DNA from: an uncultured Nitrososphaerota archaeon
GTDB taxonomy: Archaea > Korarchaeota > Korarchaeia > Korarchaeales > Korarchaeaceae
DNA: 32,000 bases
Direction of reading: 5' to 3'
Assembly (NCBI GenBank): GCA_964480775.1
Contig: CAYZRF010000001.1
Location: forward strand, 58,201-90,200
Shown piece after piece: positions 24,553-32,000 of this stretch. Position 1 is the first letter of the stretch, and every line of letters begins with the position of its first letter. The notes under the pieces are model-generated. The model made no database searches and was not told the DNA's origin. It saw nothing but the letters and a program-made list of their open reading frames with translations. The position numbers and the translations under genes were made by a program.

Positions 24553-26916
24553 CTAAAGAAAGGCCATAAGACCTTCCTTCTCAGATAATAGATCCTCCTC
24601 TTTTACGCCAAATACAGACAAGATCCTTAGTGCGGCTGGAATTACCTGATTTCTAACGTAATAATCGAGATCAACCTCTTCCAGGGAAGCCATGAAGTAG
24701 GGAGCTGCTCTCTGGTAAAGCTTACCCTCTCCCTTTAGGATAATGAAGCCTACCTTGTCTCCAGGCTCTAGTTCCCATCCTGCCTCTATCATCTTCTTTG
24801 CTGCCTCAATATGGGCGCTTCTAGCTTTATACTCCTCCAAGGGCCTTGTGATCTCCTTCCAGATTATCAGATCGTCGTACTCGATCTTTCCTTCTCTTAG
24901 GTTTGATATAAATCCCTTCACATAAGAAATAGCCTCTCCTTTAGCTTTTTCCAAATCTTTTTCGCGTAATATGATCTCAAGAACTTTTCTCTGTACCTTT
25001 CTAGCAACATCTGGCCAATCTCCTCTCACAACCTCGAGGCCAACTATGTCAAGCCTTCCATCAGGAAGAAGTCCCGCATATCTCTTCTTAGCTTCAGTAA
25101 AAATTACACGCTCGTAAATCTTGTCAATTTTTATCTCCATCCTTAACTTCTCTTCTACTGATTTTAGAAAAGATTCAACTTTATTGGGCTCATATCTTAC
25201 GAATATGCTGTCAGTGTCACCGTAGATCAGTTCGAGACCCTTTTCATTGGCTATTGAGATTGTCTCCCTAATAGTAGCCCTTCCCCAAGCTGTGGTGGCT
25301 TCTGCAACAGGTTTTATGTACCACCTCGCACCTATCCATCCACTATATCCATAGCTGGCGTTTGCAATCACCTTTAAGGCTTTCTGCCTAGCGTCAAGCA
25401 CTCTATACTTAGGAATTCTAGGATCTAAAGAGCTAAGCCTTTCTTTGATCTCTTTCCGTGCTAAAAGGAGCTTTGAAAGAACTTCTTTGTAAAATCCTGG
25501 GGGGTCCTTTCTAAAAGCGTGATTAACCTCTGGAGCAAAGTAGTAATCCTCTTCCTTCTTCCTCGCCTCAGGAGACACGTATGTATCTGGAGATACGTTA
25601 TAGGCTATCATAATGTTGGGATACATGCTCGTGAAATCAAGAACAGCGATCTTTTCATGCCTTCCAGGTTTTGGCTCCAGTACTATGGCGCCAGGATAGG
25701 GCCTGTAAGGCCTCTCCACCCTTTCCGGCACAAGTTCGTTCCTTTTATGAGCTTCTCTTATGAGATACCATTCTACTTTGAATCCAACAGCAGCAGTACC
25801 TACGTGATCAAGCGGAATACCAACAAGTTCAGAAAGCTGTATCGCAAAGTCTAAGATGGAAGTGGATATTTTCATAATGCTCATAGAGCACTCGGATGCA
25901 TACTGTTTCAAATCTGATCTTTTTTTAGGATCTTCCCAATACAACGGGATCTCATACTCTCTAATTTTTCTTGGCTGGTCTACTCCAAAATACTCTGCCA
26001 TATTCTCCAAGGTCTTTAGCTTGATAGCAGCTATGTCCTCTATGAAATCGTAGAGGTCTACGTTTGCCCTTCCTGTGACAGATATGTGACCATATGCGCT
26101 AGTATGAACCTCTGTTCCAGTTCTGGTTATAGAGAACTTTAAACCCAACACGTTGGACCTCTTGTTTAGATAGGGCAAGTGTCTCTGATTGGACTCGAAC
26201 CCGACCAATACGTCTGGATCATATTCATTAACGTACTCTGTGAAATTTTTTATCACATCAAGATCGTCTTCATCTTCTGAAACGAAAAGTTTAGCCTCGC
26301 CTGAACTATTAATCGTTGCTATGACTATAACAGGATCTCTTTCAGGTTTTGGAGAGCCTTTTTTACTGTAATATATGGGTTGAAAAGCCATTATCCTAAG
26401 ATCTGGTACACCTTCTTTCTCTATCTTTTTCGGGGAATCCTTAGCCAGATAAACGGCATCTACTTGGGCCTCTATACATTTATCAGCTTTTTCCACTTCT
26501 ACTTCATGCCAACTACAAGGAGCAATGTCATTGTCGATCATATACTTCATGGAATACCTAATGTCGTGTTCCAAACACATTTTAACGTGCTCGATTTTTG
26601 AGATCTTCTTGGCATAATCATCAACAACAGTCGGATCCCTGCAAGTAACTTTTATGGCCTTCAATTCTTTCCCAAAATATTTTTTGTCAGCAATCGCTAC
26701 TTCTATAATCCCAGTGAGCTTCTCTCTCATGCTTTTTATCTTCTCTACCACATACTGCTCTCTATCTTCCTCAGGAATGGCATAAAAATAGCTGTAATAC
26801 CCTTTTTGAATTACTAAAACCCTTTTATCGTCTTCTGAAACCCCCCAAAGCCATATTTCAGGTTCGTGATCCACAACTTCGTGATTTATGTCTAATAGCC
26901 AGAAAATTAGCTTCAT
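24553..26916 (-). CDS. polB: Family B DNA polymerase with substituted 3'-5' exonuclease motifs
   Basis: Pol motif A is DFTSMYPNIM, motif B is KVIANASYGYSG, motif C is YGDTDS (25207-25224), and KKRY is present. The Exo I/II/III positions read AFQPIY, GFESNQRHLPYL and QYASECS instead of FDIET, NxxxFDxPYL and YxxxD. No intein interrupts the motifs. Confidence 0.95.
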   Translation of the reverse strand: MKLIFWLLDINHEVVDHEPEIWLWGVSEDDKRVLVIQKGYYSYFYAIPEEDREQYVVEKIKSMREKLTGIIEVAIADKKYFGKELKAIKVTCRDPTVVDDYAKKISKIEHVKMCLEHDIRYSMKYMIDNDIAPCSWHEVEVEKADKCIEAQVDAVYLAKDSPKKIEKEGVPDLRIMAFQPIYYSKKGSPKPERDPVIVIATINSSGEAKLFVSEDEDDLDVIKNFTEYVNEYDPDVLVGFESNQRHLPYLNKRSNVLGLKFSITRTGTEVHTSAYGHISVTGRANVDLYDFIEDIAAIKLKTLENMAEYFGVDQPRKIREYEIPLYWEDPKKRSDLKQYASECSMSIMKISTSILDFAIQLSELVGIPLDHVGTAAVGFKVEWYLIREAHKRNELVPERVERPYRPYPGAIVLEPKPGRHEKIAVLDFTSMYPNIMIAYNVSPDTYVSPEARKKEEDYYFAPEVNHAFRKDPPGFYKEVLSKLLLARKEIKERLSSLDPRIPKYRVLDARQKALKVIANASYGYSGWIGARWYIKPVAEATTAWGRATIRETISIANEKGLELIYGDTDSIFVRYEPNKVESFLKSVEEKLRMEIKIDKIYERVIFTEAKKRYAGLLPDGRLDIVGLEVVRGDWPDVARKVQRKVLEIILREKDLEKAKGEAISYVKGFISNLREGKIEYDDLIIWKEITRPLEEYKARSAHIEAAKKMIEAGWELEPGDKVGFIILKGEGKLYQRAAPYFMASLEEVDLDYYVRNQVIPAALRILSVFGVKEEDLLSEKEGLMAFL

Positions 26917-27079
26917 CTAGTGAAAAACACCTATCTACCTTTAAATGGTTGCGTTTAAGGTGTGCTAAGTTAAGCAAATTCTCACTTAAAGGAATCAAAC
27001 GTACGCAATGTATCGGTACCGTACATGTAGCTGGCACTAAATTCTAACTTTCTCCTTCCTTAAACCGATCTCAAATCCG

Positions 27080-27385
27080 TTACTTGGATAGGACGATGAA
27101 TATGTGTCTATCCCTTTCAATCCCATAACCTAATATCTTTAAACCAGCTTCTCTCGCTAAATCTATTAAATCTCCGATCAAATGCCAGAGAGAAGATCTT
27201 TCAACTGAATTCAAGGAATTATACCCTCTTTCTACTGTACCCACATAAATGAGTTCTATTTTTGAGGAGTGTTTAATAAACTCGATGATTCTCTCTAAGA
27301 ATCTCCTCTTTGGCATAACTCTGATCATCCACTCTATTCTATACTCATTATCCTGATGTTGGACGTTCTGTGATGACAAACGCAC
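27080..27385 (-). CDS. Small conserved hypothetical protein, paralog A (101 aa)
   Basis: By eye it is about 40 percent identical to the 102-aa ORF at 28678-28986. Shared blocks are HxDNE, ELI[YF]VG, IG[DE][LI]ID.A...GLK[IV]L and IF[IL]V[LI][SA]K. The GTG start directly abuts the stop of the upstream gene (27386-27388), suggesting translational coupling. Confidence 0.65.
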   Translation of the reverse strand: MRLSSQNVQHQDNEYRIEWMIRVMPKRRFLERIIEFIKHSSKIELIYVGTVERGYNSLNSVERSSLWHLIGDLIDLAREAGLKILGYGIERDRHIFIVLSK

Positions 27386-28483
27386 TTAGTCTCCTCTTCC
27401 TGCGCTTGCCCATCTTCGATAGTTATCTATCCCTCCTATGATCCCTTCTATCAAGGTATCTACGAAATCATTCCAATCATTTGTGTAGTGAACCTGTGTA
27501 ACTGCATGACGCTCAGGATTTTCTGTTGGATAGAAATGCACCTCGTTATCAGTTGAAGAAACTCTAAGGGTTCTTATACTGACGATTCCCAGTCCTGTTA
27601 AACCTCTTTCTCTGGCTGATATGAAGACATCCATCGTGTCTGGCATCCAGTACCACTTCATCCAGAATGGATCCAAGTTTATGTACCAACCCCACAGGGT
27701 GCGGTCTCTACCCTCAAAATCAATGGTTAGGTTGTAATCATAATTTTCAAAGTTGAAGACGATAAGATGGATTCCGTAAGGAAACCACCTAATATCTGGA
27801 AACTTAGCAACTTTCGACGGGAAGGTTCCAAAAGGGGAGTCGTAATCAGATCCTCCTCCACCAGGAACACCGCCGCCAGGACCACCTCTTCCAGATCCTA
27901 TTCCTTTCTGTATATCTGTTAGGTTAGTTGCTAAAAGACCAGCGAAGTAGGTGTCGCCTTTCTCTAATGTGTATATTATGACGACATTGTCTCCTTGTCC
28001 GCTTATAAGAGGTATTGTAACATTTTGGTACCAAAGGCCAATTCCCTTAGTTGAAAGCTCATTTCTTAGATGAGAGAGAGACTTATTTATGAAATCGGCT
28101 TTCTCCTCGGCAGTTCCTGGTAGCTTAGATGCAACCTCTATGACTGAAATCATGTAGGACAACGTATCAATGAACTCCTCGTGCACATTCTCTTCAACCT
28201 TAATCTCTGGCGGCGCCATATAGGCAGCTATGCTCAGTATGGTGACTGCTATAACAAATCCTACCAATAAGACTGTTCCTGCCCCACTTCTTTTCATTTT
28301 ATTCCTCACACCCGCCATATAATATGACCTTATTAAAGAACTATTGCACAGACTTTTCGGAATGGAATGAAACGAATGGGACGTCTCTCTTTTCGACAAT
28401 TGCCTTCCAGAGAACTTAGGTGAGATACTTATAAAGTCAGCCTTTCTTAGCAAAGTTGCCCATATGTTCTTTCTTATCATCAT
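27386..28483 (-). CDS. Membrane-anchored Trp-rich protein with Gly-rich linker (unknown function)
   Basis: The hydrophobic anchor is GAGTVLLVGFVIAVTILSIAAYMA, preceded by KMKRS. The Gly-rich tract is GSGRGGPGGGVPGGGGS (about 27850-27900). The aromatic-rich C-terminal domain includes WGWYINLDPFWMKWYWMPD. Alternative starts are at 28318 (MAGVRNK) and 28297 (MKRSGAG). Confidence 0.7.
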   Translation of the reverse strand: MMIRKNIWATLLRKADFISISPKFSGRQLSKRETSHSFHSIPKSLCNSSLIRSYYMAGVRNKMKRSGAGTVLLVGFVIAVTILSIAAYMAPPEIKVEENVHEEFIDTLSYMISVIEVASKLPGTAEEKADFINKSLSHLRNELSTKGIGLWYQNVTIPLISGQGDNVVIIYTLEKGDTYFAGLLATNLTDIQKGIGSGRGGPGGGVPGGGGSDYDSPFGTFPSKVAKFPDIRWFPYGIHLIVFNFENYDYNLTIDFEGRDRTLWGWYINLDPFWMKWYWMPDTMDVFISARERGLTGLGIVSIRTLRVSSTDNEVHFYPTENPERHAVTQVHYTNDWNDFVDTLIEGIIGGIDNYRRWASAGRGD

Positions 28484-28486
28484 TTT

Positions 28487-28523
28487 TAATTAGATAAAAT
28501 TTCTAAATAAATTTTGCTCTTCT
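28487..28523 (-). promoter_or_regulatory. Promoter block, copy 1 (TAATTAGA-N5-TTTCTAAATAAA-N4-nCTCTTCT as read on the plus strand)
   Basis: Nearly identical to 29001-29037. The minus strand contains the TATA-like TTTATTTAGAAA, 17-28 nt upstream of the ATG at 28483. Confidence 0.45.
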
Positions 28524-28677
28524 TTATTCTGGCACAAGCGTCAATAGATCTGCCAAAAATCAGTTATTTTCTCCAAAACTAAAATTTTGACCGGTTATAG
28601 GGTATAAAATACTCTTTGATAGGTGAAACGCTAGAATGTACATCATCAACCAACGCAAATCAAATATCTTACCGCTA

Positions 28678-28986
28678 TTATTTTGCAATAACTAAGAATA
28701 TGCGTCCGTCACCCGATATACCATGTTTTAGCACTTTTAACCCCATTTTCTTGGCTTCATCAATTATCTCTCCTATTTTTTGCCATATAGCAAATTTCTC
28801 AGGAAGAGAAAGGGACTCAACCTTGCCCTCCACTAAACCCACAAAAATGAGCTCAAAATTAGATGATTGCCTCTTAAAACTTCTAATCTTCTCTAATAAG
28901 TATTCTCTCTTGATAATCTTAATGCAATTAACTTTTTCATTATCTTTATGTTTTGAGTCTCGCACTAAGAGTAATTTAAGGATCAT
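28678..28986 (-). CDS. Small conserved hypothetical protein, paralog B (102 aa)
   Basis: Paralog of 27080-27385 (see that entry). ATG start with the duplicated promoter block immediately upstream. Confidence 0.65.
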   Translation of the reverse strand: MILKLLLVRDSKHKDNEKVNCIKIIKREYLLEKIRSFKRQSSNFELIFVGLVEGKVESLSLPEKFAIWQKIGEIIDEAKKMGLKVLKHGISGDGRIFLVIAK

Positions 28987-29000
28987 TTTTAGTTCGATTG

Positions 29001-29037
29001 TAATTAGAAATTGTTTCTAAATAAACATTACTCTTCT
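29001..29037 (-). promoter_or_regulatory. Promoter block, copy 2
   Basis: The same TAATTAGA...TTTCTAAATAAA...CTCTTCT architecture as 28487-28523. The TATA-like element lies 28-39 nt upstream of the ATG at 28986. Confidence 0.45.
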
Positions 29038-29171
29038 CCATCAATGAGGTTCGTTATTTGAGAACTGAATTTTTGCGTCTTTATTTGGTTTGTACAAGAT
29101 CTGTCATAAGTTAATCGTTGCCTTTTTGTGGCTCAATATCCTTAAAACATAAAATCAATCAAGATAATCCG

Positions 29172-30290
29172 ATGAAAGAAAAAGATGGAAAAAATCGAAT
29201 AATTGTGAAGATGTACAAAAGAACAATCTACAACTTTGATTTCAGGAATAGACATATATTGCATGCGTTCATAGCATCCATAATTTTCATGATGCTATGG
29301 ACTCCCTACAGGTACTTGACTCCTATTTTAGTTTCTAAGGGAGTATCCATCACTCAGCTTGATTCTATTGTCAAACCAATTGTAAAACTAGGGATCATTC
29401 TCTTTTGTTTAAAGTTCCTCGATAGAGTTCCAAGGAAAAGATATTTGCGAAACTTAGGTATAAAGAAGGAAAGTCTGCTAAAAGGGATGGTTTTTGGTTT
29501 TCTTACCTGGTTTCTTTATACGATAACCTTACAGTATGCCACTTTCCTTTTCATCGAAGGCAGGATATTCTATCCACATCCAACGTTGATAGTCTCAGAC
29601 TTTTCGAAGTATCTCTTGGATTTAGGATACTACTTACTTATCGTTGGTTTCTTTGAGGAGTTGCTGGCCAGAGGATATATCCTGAAAGAATTTTACAAAG
29701 GAATTAAAGGGAAACATAGGGTGATTCTTTCGATTACCGCCTCAGGAATTCTTTTCTCCTTGTTTCATTTACCTATTGATGTGTTTGTGGCTAGATTGGG
29801 AAAAACTCAACTCATATCTCATTTCTTCTTTACTTTCTTTTTCTCTGTTTTAGCAGGGCACCTTTTTATTAGATCTGGATGGCAAATAGCGAGCGTTTCC
29901 GTACTACATGGTTTGATTGATGTAAGACCTCTCTTTTCGTTGGTTCCATCCAAGTTTCAGCCAATAAAAGCTACAATGGAGTCAACAATTGCCTTCCTAC
30001 TGTCTATCTCCCTCTCAGTTTTTGTAATTGAAGGACTTTACGGAATAACCAAAAAGGGCACTTCTACTGGTCACTCAACAACGAAGGTGAATATGATAGA
30101 GAACTTCCAAAAGGAAGAAATTGCCCTATTTAAGGAGTTTAAAAGACAGAGGAAGGAAATGACATTTGAAGAAGCCGCTGAATTCCTAATAAAGTACACA
30201 GGAATGGTAAGGGATGCTGCAATATCCGAGGTTCAATGGTATACCATGAACCCCATATCCTCTCTCCTATCTGCTAGGAAAAGCACCTAA
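29172..30290 (+). CDS. CPBP-family intramembrane glutamic endopeptidase (CAAX protease/Abi), with a foreign C-terminal tail
   Basis: Motif 1 is FFEELLARGYI (EExxxR), motif 2 is FSLFHLP (FxxxH) and motif 3 is SVLHGLIDV (HxxxD/N), with multiple TM helices. The ATG at 29172 (MKEKDGKN) is preferred over the TTG at 29118. The last ~45-75 aa resemble DUF885 rather than CPBP. Confidence 0.8.
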   Translation: MKEKDGKNRIIVKMYKRTIYNFDFRNRHILHAFIASIIFMMLWTPYRYLTPILVSKGVSITQLDSIVKPIVKLGIILFCLKFLDRVPRKRYLRNLGIKKESLLKGMVFGFLTWFLYTITLQYATFLFIEGRIFYPHPTLIVSDFSKYLLDLGYYLLIVGFFEELLARGYILKEFYKGIKGKHRVILSITASGILFSLFHLPIDVFVARLGKTQLISHFFFTFFFSVLAGHLFIRSGWQIASVSVLHGLIDVRPLFSLVPSKFQPIKATMESTIAFLLSISLSVFVIEGLYGITKKGTSTGHSTTKVNMIENFQKEEIALFKEFKRQRKEMTFEEAAEFLIKYTGMVRDAAISEVQWYTMNPISSLLSARKST

Positions 30291-30430
30291 TACTAGAGTT
30301 GAAGAAAGAGCTAGCAAAAAGCTGGGTGAGAAATTTGATTTAAAGAAGTTTCACGGTACAATGCTTACGCTGGAGTTTGTCTTTCAAATATATGAGAGAA
30401 CTTGTTATAGAGAAATTTGTTGATAGCTAA
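30159..30430 (+). pseudogene. Decayed C-terminal remnant of a DUF885-family gene, first part read in frame with the CPBP ORF, remainder frameshifted
   Basis: Frame 1 reads MTFEEAAEFLIKYTGMVRDAAISEVQWYTMNP. A shifted frame reads PYPLSYLLGK. Further frames read LELKKELAK and KKLGEKFDLKKFHGTML, then MRELVIEKFVDS followed by a stop at 30428-30430. From memory, this follows the DUF885 C-terminal consensus (...EvxRY..xPgQaxxYxxGk..ilxLr....xxlGxkFdlkxFHdxxL...). Confidence 0.5.
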
Positions 30431-30442
30431 CCTTTGCAAACA

Positions 30443-31990
30443 TTATCTAATCATTCTCTTTCTCAGCATATTAGCTAATAGCTCAAGAGTTCTATTTACC
30501 TCTATAAGAGTTTCTTCCATATTTTTGTTCTCGTCTTCAGTGTAGGAACCACCCTCTAATGAACTAATTAGCTGCTTCACATGCTCTAACCCCTTTCTCT
30601 CCTCGCTGAGTTCTGTTCCTAGGAATTCTTCTAATCCTCTTAGAACTTCTTCAAATGCAGCCGCTTTCTGCCTAGCCACTTCGATACTTACTCCAACGGG
30701 CGAGAGGGCTCCTGCAAGAACAAGGTTCTCTCCAGATAATGAGATGTCCCCGACTTCCTTTACGATCCTTTCAACAACCCACTTTCTCCACCTTGGAGGA
30801 ATAAACTCAAGTTCTCCTATGGATACGGAGCCTCTTTCCCTCACTAGGGAAAGTATTCTTCTTCTCCATATGGGATATAACCTTAACAAGTCTTGAAGGA
30901 CTTCTTCTGAAGCTCTTGCTCCTCTTACAAGCTCCTTTGTCCTCTTTGTTATTTCTTGAACCTTCTTCTCCAGAGGAATATCGGATTCCAAGATTTTGAC
31001 AAGCTTCTGTATTTGGCGTTTGACCCTTTGAGACTTCCTGGTGTCCTCAGGGATCTTCCCAAGTTCCTTAATTGCCTTGCTCAGCTCGACTATTAATTTG
31101 ATATCTTTCAATACGGTCTCTGCCTTTTGAACAAGGCCATCTAGCTCAGCACTTTCAAGAATCGACTCAATCCCCGAAACAGAATTTAGATCCTTTTTCA
31201 GGGATTCGACCATATTTGAAAAGAAGTTTGTCCCTATCAAAGAATCTAAGGTTGGTACATCGTTTTCCACCTCTTTTAGTGCCTCGAAGAGTTCTATCCT
31301 CTTTTCTAGTAGCGAACTTATGCTTTCTGATTGAATTAATAACTGAGATAGCTCTTTTTCTAATTCTTGTGCCGAAGATATGGCCTCTTCATAGCACTCC
31401 GGTCCTGCTTTCTTACATTTATCTCTAATTCTCGAAATAAGCACATCCTTCCAACTTAAGTATTCATCAATGAATGAAAGCTTCAATCCTGCCTCAGAAG
31501 CTTGCTCTGAGACCTTCCCTAGCTCTTCAAATCTCTGCTTTATCTTCTTCAGATGTTCCTCAAGCTCCTCCTTCTTATCGAATAAGATCTTGCACTCAGC
31601 CTCTAACTCATCTAGCCTCGTAGTGAGCCTTGGGAGGTTTTCAACATAGAAGGTTAAGGTTTCTGGAGTAATTTCTCCACTAACGACTGACTTCAGACCT
31701 TTCTCAATTCTTAAAAGCTCATCTCTAAGCCCTATAGGCTCTAAACCAAGCCTATCCATTTTATCGAGCAATGAGCTACACTTTTCCATTAGATCTCTCG
31801 TTTTAACCCTTAGAGCTTCCACCGCAGATTGTGAAGCATCTTCCATCGCACTATCTATCTCTTCAATCAATTTCCTGAATCTCTCCTCATACTGCTGGAT
31901 AGTTGAGCTAAGGAACATCTTTCTATTGAATAGAATCTTCCTGTTGTAGTGTTCATCCTCGACCATCGAGCTTAGAAGATGTTGAAGCAT
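30443..31990 (-). CDS. Large coiled-coil protein with possible winged-helix-like segment near the C-terminus; N-terminus may extend beyond the window
   Basis: A 515-aa ORF, E/K/L-rich with heptad-like character throughout. The segment LLRLYPIWRRRILSLVRERGSVSIGELEFIPPRWRKWVVERIV is the possible winged-helix part. The frame stays open from 31990 to the window edge, so the true start may lie outside. Confidence 0.65.
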   Translation of the reverse strand: MLQHLLSSMVEDEHYNRKILFNRKMFLSSTIQQYEERFRKLIEEIDSAMEDASQSAVEALRVKTRDLMEKCSSLLDKMDRLGLEPIGLRDELLRIEKGLKSVVSGEITPETLTFYVENLPRLTTRLDELEAECKILFDKKEELEEHLKKIKQRFEELGKVSEQASEAGLKLSFIDEYLSWKDVLISRIRDKCKKAGPECYEEAISSAQELEKELSQLLIQSESISSLLEKRIELFEALKEVENDVPTLDSLIGTNFFSNMVESLKKDLNSVSGIESILESAELDGLVQKAETVLKDIKLIVELSKAIKELGKIPEDTRKSQRVKRQIQKLVKILESDIPLEKKVQEITKRTKELVRGARASEEVLQDLLRLYPIWRRRILSLVRERGSVSIGELEFIPPRWRKWVVERIVKEVGDISLSGENLVLAGALSPVGVSIEVARQKAAAFEEVLRGLEEFLGTELSEERKGLEHVKQLISSLEGGSYTEDENKNMEETLIEVNRTLELLANMLRKRMIR

Positions 31991-32000
31991 TAGCTCTAAT

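Noticed and set aside
24553-26916. A possible intein or split in the PolB gene.
   Set aside because: Motifs A, B and C are contiguous with normal spacing, and the protein length (787 aa) is that of an intein-free archaeal PolB.
27080-28986. The idea that small paralogs A/B are mini-Toprim or PD-(D/E)xK nuclease domains, based on VEGK in B and GDG/RDR near the C-terminus.
   Set aside because: The candidate catalytic residues are not conserved between A and B (VEGK vs VERG, SGDGR vs ERDRH). The resemblance is therefore too weak to call.
28616-29020. A 134-aa plus-strand ORF overlapping small paralog B.
   Set aside because: The minus-strand frame is supported by homology to paralog A and by the duplicated promoter block. 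The plus-strand frame has no such support.
1-32000. CRISPR arrays, rRNA/tRNA genes, transposases, integrases or prophage boundaries.
   Set aside because: No regularly spaced repeats, no GC-rich structured-RNA islands and no recombinase-like ORFs were seen on either strand. The only rearrangement scar is the DUF885 remnant reported above.

Overview
This looks like an archaeal chromosomal segment. It is AT-rich by eye, and TATA-like boxes sit about 20-30 nt upstream of many start codons. GGAGG-type Shine-Dalgarno (SD) sequences precede operon-internal genes. Hallmark genes are a family-B DNA polymerase, a tungsten AOR-family oxidoreductase, TtuA and CutA. I support about 33 protein-coding genes, and found no rRNA, tRNA, CRISPR array, integrase or transposase.

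Layout:
- 1-1777: truncated AOR.
- 1955-9755: housekeeping/accessory enzymes. These are an eIF-2B-family protein, a nucleotidyltransferase, three GNAT genes carrying four GNAT domains, a TolB-like propeller, a tandem amidohydrolase pair and a DUF362 protein.
- 9976-19203: a cell-envelope gene cluster. It contains a MacB/FtsX-type ABC ATPase, a minimal FtsX permease and a 1000-aa FtsX fusion protein. Two paralogous exported helical proteins flank these genes. The cluster also has a double-PPC-domain membrane protein and a membrane-tethered winged helix-turn-helix (wHTH) protein.
- 19285-21487: a PH-domain membrane protein, a YkgJ-type Cys-cluster protein translationally coupled to TtuA, and CutA.
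- 21728-24518: transporters (MFS, EamA).
- 24553-26916: a PolB whose three exonuclease motifs are all substituted while the polymerase motifs are intact.
- 27080-30430: two paralogous ~100-aa proteins sandwich a Trp/Gly-rich membrane-anchored protein. A duplicated promoter block sits upstream. A divergent CPBP protease ORF next door has absorbed a decayed DUF885 gene remnant.
- 30443 to window end: a large coiled-coil protein.

The best candidates for an undescribed system are the 9976-19203 envelope/ABC module and the 27080-30290 small-paralog sandwich. All functional calls rest on motif recognition by eye; no database search was possible.
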